A DNA stretch of 64,000 nucleotides from contig RSEE01000102.1 of the NCBI GenBank assembly GCA_003971905.1, forward strand, positions 124,001 through 188,000, read 5' to 3'. Positions 12,982 to 27,100 of the stretch are shown here, in pieces; positions within the stretch are counted from its first letter, which is position 1; every line of letters starts with the position of its first letter. Both the position numbers and the translations under genes were made by a program. Under the pieces are notes generated by a model. It was not told the DNA's origin and did not search any database. It saw nothing but the letters and a program-made list of their open reading frames with translations. Source of the DNA: Moniliella sp. 'wahieum' (lineage: Eukaryota).

Positions 12982-14949
12982 TAAATATATTTTTACTGGT
13001 TCAACGGTGGAGAGGTGAGAGTATACACTGAGTACTGAGATAACACACAATTACAGGCACTATACATCATCAACTCCACAGGTTCACTGATGCCACACCC
13101 GACGCCAAGTGTGGCAAAAATGCCAAAAGTTCTCAGGGACACGCAACACAGTTCTGCATTTGCTCCCTATAATATACGACCACACTTTGGCGGCTGCTGA
13201 TGCTCTTGCTATGTACACTCGCTCTGTCCGTCGGTCTCTCACGTATCGATCAGATCTCAGATCTCTGGTCTCAACACGATGGGCCCTCTCTCACGCGCTC
13301 ATGCACTCAGTACTCATGCACCATGCACATTTTTTTGCTCATGCTCTCGAGCTCCGAACCATATCAAACGCCCTTCGCGCCGACAATTCGCTGTCACAAT
13401 AACATGCAACACCGGCATTTTGCTACTGTACTGAGCAAATGAGAGTCTCCTGCCTGAGGCTGAGCGGCTGAGCGCGCTGAGTACTGAGTACTCAGACTGA
13501 GTTCTGACCGGTGACCGGTGACCCCTGACCCGGTGACGTCAGGACTAAGTACACAGATATATATTGAGTACGAGTGCCCTGTGATTCATGATTGTGAGTT
13601 AGTCCCTGAAAGTGTAGTACAAGTGCTTAACTATTAGCGCTTTGCTGTGGCGACGGTCAAAAACCCTCATGCCGGCCTCTGGTCTCTGAAGGAGAATTCA
13701 AGACTCAGAACTCAGGGAGTCCCACTCAGGCCCTCAGGCCTCAGGGGCCTCAGGCCTTAATATTCAATCTTCAATACTTCTCATCGGGTTTAATGTGTAC
13801 GCGCCTAACGTCGAACGCCATGGCACGCGAGTGCGGCGCTCGCGCCCTCTCTCGTTGTCTTCGACGAGCCCATGTCACCTACTGAAATTAATGAAAGGAA
13901 GTATACCCAAGCTAAAAACACCCACCCCTCTCGTTTTTGTGCTTGAGAAGCGGGAGCTGCTCCTGTGGGCTTCAAGCTTGCTTCTTCAAGCTTCAAGCAC
14001 CGCCTATATCATAGGCCCCACATTTAACCGTCGCACTTGTGTCACTGCCTGCACACAAGATCAATCCATTATGTGAGGATGATCAATGAGATTCTGAGTT
14101 CTAAGACCAGCTTACATATAGGCGATGGTACTACATTTTGATGGAGCTTATTACTTGCATCGGATGACCTGTGTGATCACATGCACACAGAACACTCCTG
14201 GCCCTACTAGCTACTACACACTGCATTCATCTGAATCATCCACTCCTGCTACGTTCAATTTGAACACCCAGTCGTGCGGGGGAGTCAGCAGGACCTGCTG
14301 TTGGCGATGTATTTGGGGTCCTTTTGTGCTGGGAGTGAGCAGCAAATGCATTGATTGTTGAGGGAAGAGCCTCATTAATTGAATGTACCGAATTCTGTTT
14401 GTCCACGACCGTTGCTTGATATGCTGCGCAAAGGATACGGTTTTGTATATTCAGGCAGTAGTTTATGAGTTAGAAGAGGTATTAGATCTTAGAGGAGGAT
14501 CATGCATCATGGTTCAGGAGACATTCATATCCCCCGCATCTGATGCATGATTTGCATGGTGCCTCCTGCAGAATTGAACGAAAAGGCCAAGGCGAACGAG
14601 AGGAGTGCTTCGCTGCTTATATCCGTAAGAGGTGAGGCGCGTTAGGGGTGCAAAGCTTGTTAAGTGTGAACCATTGGCCACCAGGGTCAAAACCGGGAAC
14701 GTCGAGGAAGGGAAAGAGCGTATACATCGGAGAACAGATAGAACTGGGCAACCGAGAGGGGAGCCAGACCTTAGGGACTCCAGGCCGCAGCGAGTTTCAG
14801 GGCAAGCTTCTTCGCTCCAACAGCACGGCCGGCCGCAGTCCACTCCCACCACAATCAAGTCAGAGGGTCCGAACGATGCGGATTTACGTGCTAAGTTACG
14901 TTGGCTTCGTACGGTTCGATGGGCCCGTCGGGCATCGTGCGCGATCGGC

Positions 14950-17181
14950 TATGATATATGATGGTTATCGGACAGTGCGGCGGCAATCTGAGGGACAGAG
15001 GGTAATAGTTGGAGTGGAATACGGGGAGGAATCGATGAATGGATATTGAATCGCTGTGCTAGTGTACAAGAGGCGGGTTGGCCAAGCCCGCCGGATGAAA
15101 ATGTTGAAGCAGGAGTAGGAGTAATAGGCCAATGTCCAAGAGATGGAACCCAGAGAAGGGTCAAGGGTAAAGGAGGAATCTGGAGAGGCTTGCATAGGGA
15201 AGTGGGTGAAAGGCAAGCTCGATCGGGACAGGCAAAGAGGCTAACAAGCGGCCGCGAGTATGTCAAGGGGAAACATAACCATCGCGGATCAGAATGGACG
15301 GCTTGGAGAGGTGCGCAGCGACGCCGAAAAACGCCGGCCAGGAATCAGGCTGACCAGCATTGTTGAATGGTTGGACGTGCCACCCAGGAGGCATGCCCGC
15401 CACCATGCTCGCTCCCTCCTTGGAGGTCGTCTCGGCCCAGTGTGGCGGAGTGTACGGTGTCGCAACGGTGGATACGTGGGCGTGAGGTACGCCGGGGCCG
15501 ACACCGTAGAAGGAATGCCAAACAGCGATCCACTTGCCAGTTGGTAATATGTTAGTGCATTGGGCTTGGGCGCCACACCTGCCCCCTCCCATACGAGAAA
15601 GGAGCTACCAGCGTCTGTGGGGCGCCAAGTGGGGTGCCCATCATCGTAAAGTACCCATTCTCTTGCGAAGCAAGCACGTTGGAAGGGCATGCTTGGGTTC
15701 CATCCCCACTCGTTGCACAACGCAGGCCCAGCAGAGGGGGCACCGGCCTAACCGTTCGTGCCACCGTGCCGCTGCGGCCGGATGAGCCGGGGAAAACACA
15801 GGGTGGAGCAGTCGAAGAGGGCGGAAGGGAGTAGGCAGGGGACACCATGCGTGCTCTTCGTCCCACGGTACCGTAGACGGGGCGGTGCTGATGGTGCTAA
15901 GGGAGGCACTGTCCAATAGAGATGTTGGTGAACCGGTAGAGGGGTAGCCCTGTGGGCTGGAGGCGCTAGGTGTGGTGCGCTGAGTGCCTGTGGGTGGAAA
16001 AGATGACGCTGGAATTGGCAAAGCGGGCGGGAGGGTTGGTAGGTGGTCCACTGCCGCGGCGGAGAGATAGAGGGTAAGTGCGACCAATGGACCGGCTACG
16101 GAGGGGGCGATAGACGGTCTTGAAGTCCACGGGCCCGTGAGCAGACCGATGGATGCGGGTCGGCTTGGACGGGGCTGATCCGACGGACGCTCCTCGTCCT
16201 GGATCGCGGGAAGCAGCTACGCGGCGCACACGCTTCCCTCGCTCAGCGGTAATGGCTTGGATGCGATGGGACCAGCGGTCAAACTGGTCCGCTGGTACGT
16301 GTACCGTCATCCCCAGTCCGCGCCACAACTCCACCTCGGCACGGTGAGGGAAGCAAGCGGAATATTGCTCAACTCGGACCATGTTTTGGTCGTATAAGTG
16401 TTATCGTCCAAGTACTTGTTGGCCAGCATCAGGGACACGATGGCGGCGCGGAATTCGGAGCCAGGAGAGCAACTCAAGTGTGGTTGGGACTCCTTGAAAC
16501 GGTGGAGATAGTACAGCGCCAACAGCACAATGGAGGTAGAGAGTTGTGTGGTGCGCAGACTTATGCACAAAGCTGGTGAATTCGGCAGTGGGTGCAGACG
16601 CATTTGTCGAGACTCGCCAGCCAGCGGAGGGGAAGGAGACCTAGGCGAGCTCACCGTTCCCAATGAGGATGGCCTGCTGGGCTCGGGGGAATGTGCAGCG
16701 GAACAAGGAGAAGTGGGGGGGCATACCAGATGTAGCAGGTTAGACTCAAACCACTCCGCACGGGAGAGGAGAGCGGCATCATGGGTATGGCGTCGGCGCT
16801 TGTGAGGGTTGGGGAGTATCGGACGATGTCGGACGGAGGTAGCGACGGGGGGAGGGAGGGGGAGCGGCGCTCGTCGTGGCCGTCACTGTCGGTGCGGTGG
16901 GAAGAGCCGTGGAGGGAGCGACGACGGCGGGGGCAGCCAATGCAGGCAGCTGGGCAGCAGCCAGAGACGAATGGTGGTGCCGCGGCTTCTGCAGCTCGGG
17001 AGTGGTGGGAGCGGGAGCTGTGGTAGGGTGTGGGGGTGGGGAAGCGGGAGGAGCGAAGAGAGCGGGGGCGGGGTGAGGGTGAACGACAGCTTGCGCTTCA
17101 ACGGAGCGGCGTCCACATAGGGCGCAGCGACGGGCGACATGGGGGAGGCAAGGGCGAGAGGTGGTGGGGGGCGAAGGCCAT
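14950..17181 (-). CDS. Pho85-type (Pcl/Clg1-like) cyclin with long Pro/Ser-rich tail
   Basis: Cyclin box LRTTQLSTSIVLLALYYLHRF..GSEFRAAIVSLMLANKYLDDNTYTTKTWSELS, continuing after a frameshift as RAEVELWRGLGMTVHV. Start and stop uncertain. Confidence 0.8.
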
Positions 17182-20100
17182 GAATGATATGGACGAGGGG
17201 GTGGGGGGCGAGAAGTGGGAGTAGCAGCGGTGGTATGTGGTTGTGCAAAGAGTAGTATTTTTGGAGGGTGTCACGCGTTGGTGCGGTCTGCGTGTGTGCG
17301 AGTGACGAGTGCTAGCAGCGTTGCCAGTTAGCAGCTAGTAGCTACTAGTTGCGGGTGCTAGGGACTAGGTACCGGCCCTGGCCCATGCATCCATTAGAGT
17401 ACGGGGTCTGCGCACCCGCACTTCAAAGGAGCTGTCACGTGAAGATGAATGAGATGATTGATATGCGACGCATGATGCACGATGCGTGACGGGCGTGTGT
17501 GATGGGATGATAATACACGATGGATGATACAATGTGAGACCCAGATCGGAGAGGAACGCGAAGGCCCTACCAAGTGTGTGTGATGCCTCTGGAAAGTCGA
17601 TGTTAAATGACATGCGACACTATGTACGGTCCACGTTCCTCCCATCTTGTCCGCAGCTGTGGCACATGACCCCTGTCACACGTCTGTCACACATTGCCGC
17701 TCCCCGCTGCCCGATCACTAACGTTTAGTACGTTTAACGTTTTTAACATCAACCATTAATCATACATCATTGGTCACAAGCACACATGACATTTCGCGCC
17801 TCCCAATGGCACCGCCGGGTGGGACACAGTGGGACCTAGGGCCTGGTGGGACTGGTAGGTGGGACATGGAGCAGGTGGCAGGCAAGCCGGGATTGAATAT
17901 TGGGTGGTGCATGATGTATGACGCATACCATGCATTATGCATGACACATGGTTCAATCCTCGGGTTTCGTTTGCAAGGCGGGGACGGGGTGCACCAGGTG
18001 CAGTTGGTGCAGTTGGTTAAGCGGGCCATGGCTGCGCCATACGACGCGGTGGGATATGCGATGCCGCCACGCATCATGTTCCGAATGCACATACCATCCA
18101 TGCAGTCAATTCTTCACTGATTCACATCTCCGCAGCGAACCCAGTGCTTTTTGCAGCGTTTTTTTGTTGGCAAAATAGAGAGCAACTGGTGTGACTAGTG
18201 ACGTAATAGTACTTCCAAATACTGGCAGCACGGACGAGAACTGCAATGTTGGGCATCTCATGTACGTAGAAGACACCCTCGCCGCTTTTGAATAGATCAT
18301 TCTTCCTTCTACGTAGTCGCTTTCATGGCCACGATGCCGGTGGAAACGGAGGATTCTTGTTTTGCTGGTCCTGCGCCACCCAGGTTACCCAGCCTCGGAC
18401 CCAGGGTGCTCCTTGGCGCCCCTGTATGGGTTCACAGGCCTCGTGCCGTTACCAATCATTAACCAATTAATCACGAGTGACCGGTGACTCGCCTAGTGGC
18501 CAACACAGCCCCTCTGCCCTGCCACGCAGGTTGCATCTCTGCCTTCTCATCAATACTCCACACCTTCACCTCTTTTTCGGTCGGTCGGTCGCGTTCGCGT
18601 TTAGCGTTTACGTTCACAACTTAGTGCTTGCCAGTTACCCGAGCCTAGGTGAGCCGGTGACATGTGACACTAGTGGCGCGGACGTTGGCCTTCGATGCCC
18701 AATTAGAAATGGAAATGGAAATGGAATCAGCGAAATAGGGAGCAGTCTTCAAGCTTCACTATAGTCACTAGTCACCAACATCTAGTCACTAGTCACTATA
18801 GTCACTTAGTATTCAAGCTCAGTTCGTTGCGGCGCCAGTGTTTGCTTTGCTCGCGCTCCAGGAACTCAGTGAGAAACACCTACCACAGCCAAAGGGCCAG
18901 CGAGACTGCGAGAGAGAGAGACGTCTATTTTTAGATTCCTTCCCGAGGGTCGACGCTCCACCCGCGCTCAGCACAGCTGCAAAACCGCACCCACACCCGC
19001 CCACACTGCGAGCGTCGGTGACCAACATCCAAAGTCCAATATCCAATTCGCCCCTACCCTATCCTTTGGCCGCAGGGCCTTAGATGCGTTGGCCGTTGCC
19101 GGCAAAACGCGGTGTAGCACACTGCAACCAATATCCCCATCACAAGCCCATTATGTACGCCGGTGCATCACAGCAGGTTGCGTTCGATGCATGGGGAGGG
19201 TGTTACATGTTACCGGTTACTGGGTACATTCGCATACTGGGCCACAGGCCTCAGGCCCTCAAGCTCCAAGGATCTCAAAAGCTTCAAGCCTTCCCGGGTC
19301 ACCGACCGGGTCACCGCGGTCAGCCGCTCACCGGCTCACCTCTCAGGGTTAAGGCTTCAAGCTTCAGGGCCTCATGCACCAGGAATGATGAACGTAGGAC
19401 AGCAAGCCGCAGCAGGCCGCAGTCCCTTGGCTTGGAGCGCATGAGTTAAGCGTTAAGCACAAAAGGGATGTGCAATGCGTTTGGGAGCGCGCAACCACCT
19501 CTCCTATTCTTGTCGTATCGATCGTATCATGCATGATGCATGACGTTCAACAGTCACTAGTCAGACATCTCGGATGCCACAGACTACCCACGCTTTAGTT
19601 CTAAACGACCAAAGCCGTCCCCTGAGCCTTAGGGCCATGAGCCTGAGGCCTGAGGGCGTAACCACGCCTCCCTCAAGGGCTCGGCCTAAAGTCTCCTTCA
19701 GATCTGAGTCTCAACTCACAACGTCAACCGTTCACGTGCAACGTCAACTGCCTCACGCCGCAACGTCTCAGAGTTGGTTTTCACCTGCCCCCTGGGCAGC
19801 GATTAATAAATGGCTTCAAGCTTCACCAGTCACTGAAGAGTGAGGTGGTTGGATCGAGATCTGAGATGCTTATTCATGGTGAACCTGACGCAGCGTAGTT
19901 CTCTGGGCTTAGTCGTTCTTGGAGCTCGAGCAGTAAAGACGTTAAACGTTAAGGCTGCTTAATTTGGCTGAAGCGCGATATGGCAGGCAGGAACGTGAAC
20001 GGACAGGGAAAGAGCGTCCAGGATCCGATCACATGATCACTAGGCCACTTGTTCCCAGGTCCCATGTCACATGTCGCGTTACATGTCATAAACAATGATT

Positions 20101-22852
20101 GGATTGGGCGTCGAACGTTGAACACTATTGGTACCGAAGTTCACTTCAGCAACTCAGGTGGAAGTTGAACCTCAGCTCAGCTGAGCACGGTCAGCTGTTC
20201 CGTTTCAGGCTGAGCATCCCAGCGCCCAGCTTTATTGGGTGCCAGTGATAGTGACGCGTGACGCGGAGACGGAGCGGAAAGCGTCGGAGAAGTGTAACGC
20301 ATGACGCATGACGCGTGAAATGACCTGTGATTCCCTGGACACCGATCATCGAGATCACCGGCACCGATCATCCTAGTACTTAAATTGGCAAAAGTAGGCT
20401 TGTAGGTAGAGAGAGTAGTAGAAGCTGAATGTGTGAACGTAGCGTAATGTTCAGGTGACCGGTGACCGGTGACCGTGTAGTGCCACAAAGGACAGGAGAA
20501 AATATCTAACAGCCTCTTTCTCAATTGTCAACATGTCAACGTCTATGCACTGTGCCAGCTCTGATCTGCACGCTTTGGACCAGTGCCAGCGGATAAGAGG
20601 CACGCCAGGGGTACGATGTACCAAGAAAGACGATGTACCATGGTCGATGGCCGGTGGCCACGGCGCACCTCGGCTCGGTGCTCGGCGGCCAGTTGAACGT
20701 TGAATGGAACATTGGGCCGAGCAGGCACAGGAACGGCCGGCTTCGATTGTTAAACGTTAAACGTTAAGGGCGTTCCGCGCGTTACGCGTTAGGCCTTAGG
20801 CGGTAACGCGGGTAACATTAACACCTAAGGCCTAAGGCGTTCAATAAAGGCCAGGCGCGAATAAGGCCTAAGGGGGCGTTCGCATTGTGAAACAAGAAAA
20901 TTAATCAGCAAAAAAGTTTCGCATCATACGCGTGCCCTCGAAGCTTAGCTTGAAGCTTGACCGGTGGAGTGGCTGGTTCGTGGCTGGGCCGAAAGCAAGG
21001 TCGGCAACGCATTGCTGTGCGCGTGGGGTGCAATAGCAGCGGTGCCTACCGCAGCCCCAGTCCAAATTGGCCGAGCAAGGGGCGCAAGCAGGCGCAAGCC
21101 CTTTCCGCCAAGCACCCCGGTCCTGAGTGCCCTATAGGTTTCCCATGCGGCCACAACGTCGATACTCGGTTGCCCAAGCTCAGTGTGGCTCTCAGCAAGC
21201 GCTGAATCTTCATTGCCACCATTGTCGGTAACCGGTAGCTACTGGCATATTAGCTCGCGTTAATTTAACTCGAGTGGAACCCCTGCCGCGTGAAGTAATA
21301 GTAAAACTGCAGTACTAATTAGTTATCTATAGTAACTAGTAACGCGTAACGCGTAACGTATACCCAACCAAAGGAACAGTTGCACGCCAGAGTTCCACTG
21401 AAGTACGGAACCTACAAAGAGTCCACTGCATTGCAATGCGGTGCGTGAGCTGTGCACAGCGTGTGTAGACGCGATGAGTTTTCCGTTTCGGCCACTCGTG
21501 CAGGTGACGGACCCTGGCGGACTAATATAGAATGCCTACGTGGCGTACTGACTTGCGCGTGGTGCACACGACCCTGGTCGAGGCGCTGAGGCGCTGAGGG
21601 CCTGCGGCCTGAAGCCCTGAGACGCGCTGACGCCTGACGGGCCTGACGCCCCCTGGCGCCTCAGCCGGAGGCCTGATGGCGCTGGGCGCTGTATGATGTA
21701 GGACGAGCAGTCTAATGGTGTGCCCGCGATGAGATCGATGAGCCGCCCCACGAAGACTCATTATTCCGGTTGAAGAGATGTAAGATCTGTAAGAGTTGCG
21801 CTAGCCAGTAGCACGCGTCGAGAATATACTCGCTCCATCAGTAATAGGGTTTGGCGGGGATAGTCGATAGCATGAAACCGCCGCCACGCCGACAGGTACT
21901 GATGGCAACATGTAAAACAGAATGCCTGTCCTGGTGCCCTGGAGCTGAGCCTCAGCGCTCAGGCTGAGCTTTGACCGGTGACCGGGACAGGCCTGAGGCT
22001 CAGATGCCTGGGACTCATGCACTCATGAGTGCATGAGCTCAGGCCGGCTCAGGCGCTCAAGCCTCGGGCTGCGTTATTTATCGGTGCCAATTAAACCTGC
22101 GCGACCCGTCCAAAACACAATAAGAGCAAAACCGATCATCGATGCTCGTAGATAGCCGGATAATCGATAACCGGCCAAACCCGGTAACGCGGTAACGGCC
22201 GGTAACCGTGAATCAAGAGCCGACAACCCGCGCTCAAGCGTGCGAACGCCCCCAAACGCCCTCAAAGGCAGAACGTGCGTACCACCGCAACGTAAGGAAG
22301 AGTGTACAAGGACCAAAGAGCAGACAGTTCATGACGTTGATGTGCGTTGGGCGTACGTTGAAATTGAATATTGAACGTTGATGCATGATTTATGATGGTA
22401 CGTTGATGGTGCATTGCACATATGAGCTACAGACAGAAAATTCCTACCCTCCAAAACATTGGAAGGGATGTACCAGATGGACCCGGACTTGGGCTACCCG
22501 CGCCACTGGGCCAGTGGGCGCCACAATGTGTACTCGGATGAGTACGATGAGTGTACGGAGGTACTCAAAACTCTGAACGCAGAACATAGAACTCAGACTG
22601 ATCCTTAGATCGATCCGAACTCAGATCCAGATCCAGACTGAGTAAGTCCTGAGTGTACTTAACTGAGTACTCAACTGAGTGTGCAACGAAGTATGCGCGT
22701 TACGCGTCACGCGTCACGCGACATGCCTCGGTGCCCCGGCATCCCATGTCCATATCCACATCCCCGCGCTCCTGCTGCTCCCCGCTGCTCCAACTCGGCC
22801 AAGCTCGACAAAACCGCGCCGACCAGCAACCACGTGATAAGCCCAGTAACGG

Positions 22853-22883
22853 TGACATGTGACATGTGACATGTGACATGTGA
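22853..22883. repeat. (TGACATG)x4, example of the TNA+palindrome heptamer arrays
   Basis: Read directly. Confidence 0.95.
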
Positions 22884-24039
22884 ACTCCTCGGCCAGTAGA
22901 TATGAATCTTTGATTCGATCAACATCCGTGACGCATGTGTGATTGGGACGGATCACATGTATCGCAACCTACAATTGCATGTATTATTTGGTGCTCTGTT
23001 TGGGTTGAACGTTGACGCGTTGACGCGGTGACGTGGTGACGGTGATATACATGCTTGACGCCCGTTTGAGCCGCCTGTTCCCATTTCATCTTGGCACGCA
23101 TGGGAAAACGCGTAACGCGTAACGCACAACTGGCCGGGAAACGTAAGTGTCACAATAGGATCGATAGTCGATTGACCACGAATCCCCTGCTCAATACTCC
23201 AGAACTCTGTGTCCTGAAACTCTTCCTTGTTCATTGTTCCATGTTCCTCCTTCGTTCGTGATTAAAGTGTGACACGTGAAGAAGAGGTGAATATGAATGC
23301 GATTGCGGCGGGTGACCCGGTGACCGGTGACCTAGGTGGCACAGGCATGTTACGCGTTACGTACGTTCCTTTCATTCGCTTCGTTGTGATGCTGTGCTCC
23401 TTGGGGGCCGGAGATCTCTGAGAATCCGAGCGCCTGGGCGTCTCAGGCGTCCGCTTCAGGCTTCAAGCTTCAAGCTTCAGGCGTATCAATATCACTCGTC
23501 AGGGACGTCACCCGTCACGCGCCGACGAAATGCCGATGTGACAGCCAACTCGGCTGCGGCTATGAGAATTCACAACGATTAATTACGTGTGTGGGGCAAG
23601 AGGGGGCAAGCCAACAGCGTCTCGAATTCCGTAAGCGTCGGGCGCCCGCTGTGGGACCTTGGGCCGCCAGCTGCCCTCGGCGCCCCGGCCTTCTCCCCCA
23701 ACGTTACGCGTGACCTCACGTAACGCGTAAAGCCTAAGGCCTGAGACGGAGGCCCGAAGCTTGCTTGAAAGGGGGGATTCGGCCCTGTTCTGCCGGGCAG
23801 CCGGCCGGGCGCTTATGCCCATTTGGGCATGTAGCGAAACTAGAATGTGCACTGGGTTGTCGCCTGGTGTCGCTCCAGAAAAAAGACGCTGGGCTACCCG
23901 AAGCACCGGCCAATGGCGAGGGTTGCAGAGGGGACAGTCCCATCAGGTGCGAAACCTTTTTACGCGTTACGCGTTCAAGACGTTGTTCAAGCGTGACCCG
24001 TGACCCGTGAAGCTCGTGAAGCTTGAAGGTCTAGTAAAG

Positions 24040-24161
24040 CTAGTAACTAGTAACTAGTAACTAGTAACTAGCTACTTGTGCTGGTATATAGCAACTAGGA
24101 ACTAGGAACTTGTAACTTGTAACGCGTGTAACGAGTAACGAGTAACGCGTAACGCGTAACG
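24040..24161. repeat. (CTAGTAA)x4 grading into (GTAACGC)n, heptamer array cluster
   Basis: Read directly. Confidence 0.95.
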
Positions 24162-27100
24162 ATTCATCGATATTATATTCAAGCTTCAAGTGTTCTAAGA
24201 TCTGGATCTGAATCTGAGGCCGGAGGCAGGCCCTGAGGACCCCGACTCAGATCTGAGTTTAGATATCAGGCAGTGGGCTTTGATATATTGACGACGGCTT
24301 GCTTGTGAGCGCATAAGCAGGTGACATTGTGGGCCCCATGTGACATGTGTGCGCTAGCGCTGAGCACGGGACATGATGCACGTGATTGGTGATATGTGAT
24401 GTGCATGGCATGTGACATGTGAGCTGTGAGTTGCGTGCGCGCCGAGCTCACGCGCTCACGCAGCCAAAATTTTGGGAGCTGAGACCACCGAGACTTGACA
24501 TGTGACACTAGCTTGAAGCTTCAAGTTGAAGAGCTCTTGATGTAAAGCATCAGTGCATCAGTGCCATGATGCATGCGAGTGCATGAGTGCCCATGGCGCT
24601 CCGTCTCAGCTTGTCCATTGCCAATATGCCAATTCGAAACGAGTAGAATTTGCCTGAGAACGTCGTGCGGGTCTGCGCTGCGTTCAGCCTGAACAGTGCG
24701 GCTCAGTCGCTCAGGCGCTCAGGCGCTCAACGTTGAATCGTTCAATACGTTCCATGTACTGCCGTATACTCACGTACTCGGAAGTCAGAACGTACTCAGA
24801 ACTCAGAGTACTAGAACTCAGTGCTCAGTGTACTCAGTACACTTGAGTACTCAGATTCAGGCCCAATAATGCTAAGCGCTAAAGCCCAGTACGTTGAACG
24901 CTGAACGTTGAACGTTGAACAACACCTCCCATTCAGAGGGTTTACTACGTACTCCCGGGTGGCGCGGGCTCTGGGTACGATTGTTCCGGGTGTTCCCTGT
25001 TGTTCCTGGGCTTTGCGCCCATTTGTCTAGCCGGCCCAGGCCAGCCCTATATTATCCTCCCCGCGCCGACACGCGTAATGTCACACATCACGTCTCACGA
25101 TGATCAGGCCGTTGCTTCCGTCCCATACCGTCCCATACCGTCCCATACCGTCCCATGCCGTAAGCGCGAAATCCGTACCTTGGGCGTTACGCGTTACGCA
25201 CCAACTCTTCCTGCCTTTTCCGGCCCCAGCGTTCAACGTTCAACGTTCAACGTTCACCAGAACCCGCGACCGTGGGCGTGCCAGGCCCTGCCGCGTGACG
25301 CACCGGGCGACGGAGTCGGCAGTACTAGTACTAGCGGCTAGTGGCTGAGGTGCCGCCTGGTGCCGCATGGTGCAGCGTTTGCGATCATCGATCATCGATC
25401 ATCATTTATGTGTCACATGCCATGGTACAGCTCCCCTGCGACGGGCAGTGTGGGCGATGGTGCCGCTCTGTGCCGCGGCAGCCTATGGCATTCCCTGCGC
25501 ACTCTCAGATCTCAGCCACAAGGAACGGCAGACATGCTCTACCCCGCAAAGCCACACGCGCCACGTTGTTCCTGCATAGAAGTGTATGTCGATATTCGAT
25601 AGAGCGGCCCGGACGCCACCGGTGGTTGTGCCCCCCCCTAAGACAGGTCGCCGGCAAGGTGTCGAAGTGGGGACTTTTTCTGAGAGGCTCTGATGCATGA
25701 TGAGTGATCAGCTTGTGTTGCATATGGTGGAATCGAGCGTCTAAGGCCGTAGGCCCATTGAATGTTTTGAGTCTGAACCATTAATCAGGTCCAATGAGTA
25801 CTGAGTGAGCAGTGACTAGTGATGTAGTGACGCGAGTGTGGCGTGGGGACATCTTCTGGTTTGACGTAGTAGCGTGGAAGGGTGGAGCGCGTGGGCGTTG
25901 CAGGCCTATCTGGCTTGTGGTGCAAAGGGGGCGGGATATCGAGCTCGGAACCCCCGGGAGCGTGCCCACAAAAGCCCGCAGCCATCATGCTCAAGCTTAC
26001 TTCTAATTAATTAATGCTTGACTTCCATAGAACGTGACGGTATACTGACTCAGACTAGGGAAAGAGCTTCAAGCTTCAAGCTTCAAGCTTTACGAGCTTC
26101 ACGTTTCAAGTGTGCGCCACCGCGCCCACGCTTGCCGAGATCGGACCAGCTGAACCAAAGAACCAAACAAAAGAGAACAGGCAGAAGGTCTGAGGATGAC
26201 TTCTGGTAACCGGTGACCGGTGGTCAACGATCACTTTGATCATTTGTACTTCGTACGTAGTACAGGCACTGGGCGTTAGGCTGTCATACACATGTGTGTC
26301 ACTTCTGCTACAGAAGCAACTCTGCTCGCCAGGAGACAGAAGGTCTGGCAGCTTGACCAGTGCCAACAGGCCCCCGTGGCGTTGTTCAGGCCTGAGCCTC
26401 AGGGGCCTGAGCGCCTGAGCTGAGGCGCTGAGGCCTCACCGCACCGGTCACCGCCTTCATCGTTGAAGTTCAACGCCAAAGGTGAGGCCGATGAAGCCGA
26501 GGTGCGGCAGGCCAGGCCTTTAAATTTAACAAGCCTACGGCCTAAAAGCCTCACATGTCACAGCCGCTGAGCATCGAAGTAAGCGCCCTATTTTAGGCAC
26601 TGTGGAATTTGGAAGCGGCAAGCGGCATACCAGGCCCACCAGTACGCCCCTCTGTGGTGCCGGTGATATATGATACGGGTCCGGGTAATTATTAAATGCC
26701 GGGCTGAAATGCAAATGATTAATCGATGATGAATGTACTCGAAAGACTCCCGAGACTGTGGGTTCTGATATCTGACAGATCTGACCCTAATATCGACTAC
26801 CTGTCAAGCTTCCCTCGAATCGATCGGTACAACGACTGGGGGCGGCGGCTGGATCAGCTGACGGCGGGCGGGAGGCTTTCGGCTTTCCCCGGTTATCGAT
26901 ATCTTAAGGGTCCTGTGGCCATTTCGCGTTTTGTTGCCTCCACCGGTTCCGGCTTGTGCTTCTCGTCCTGTCTGAGATCTGACTTCTGAAGCCCTCAATC
27001 GAATGTGCGAGCTCTGTAACGGAGTACTGAGTACTGTGTGGCTGAGAGCGGCTCAAGTGGCTTAAAACTCTCATGAGACTCTTCTTTGTAAGCCAACGGC

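Noticed and set aside
18200..18310. MADS-box-like peptide RRKNDLFKSG..IAVLVR on the - strand
   Set aside because: Too short and degenerate, with no supporting ORF.
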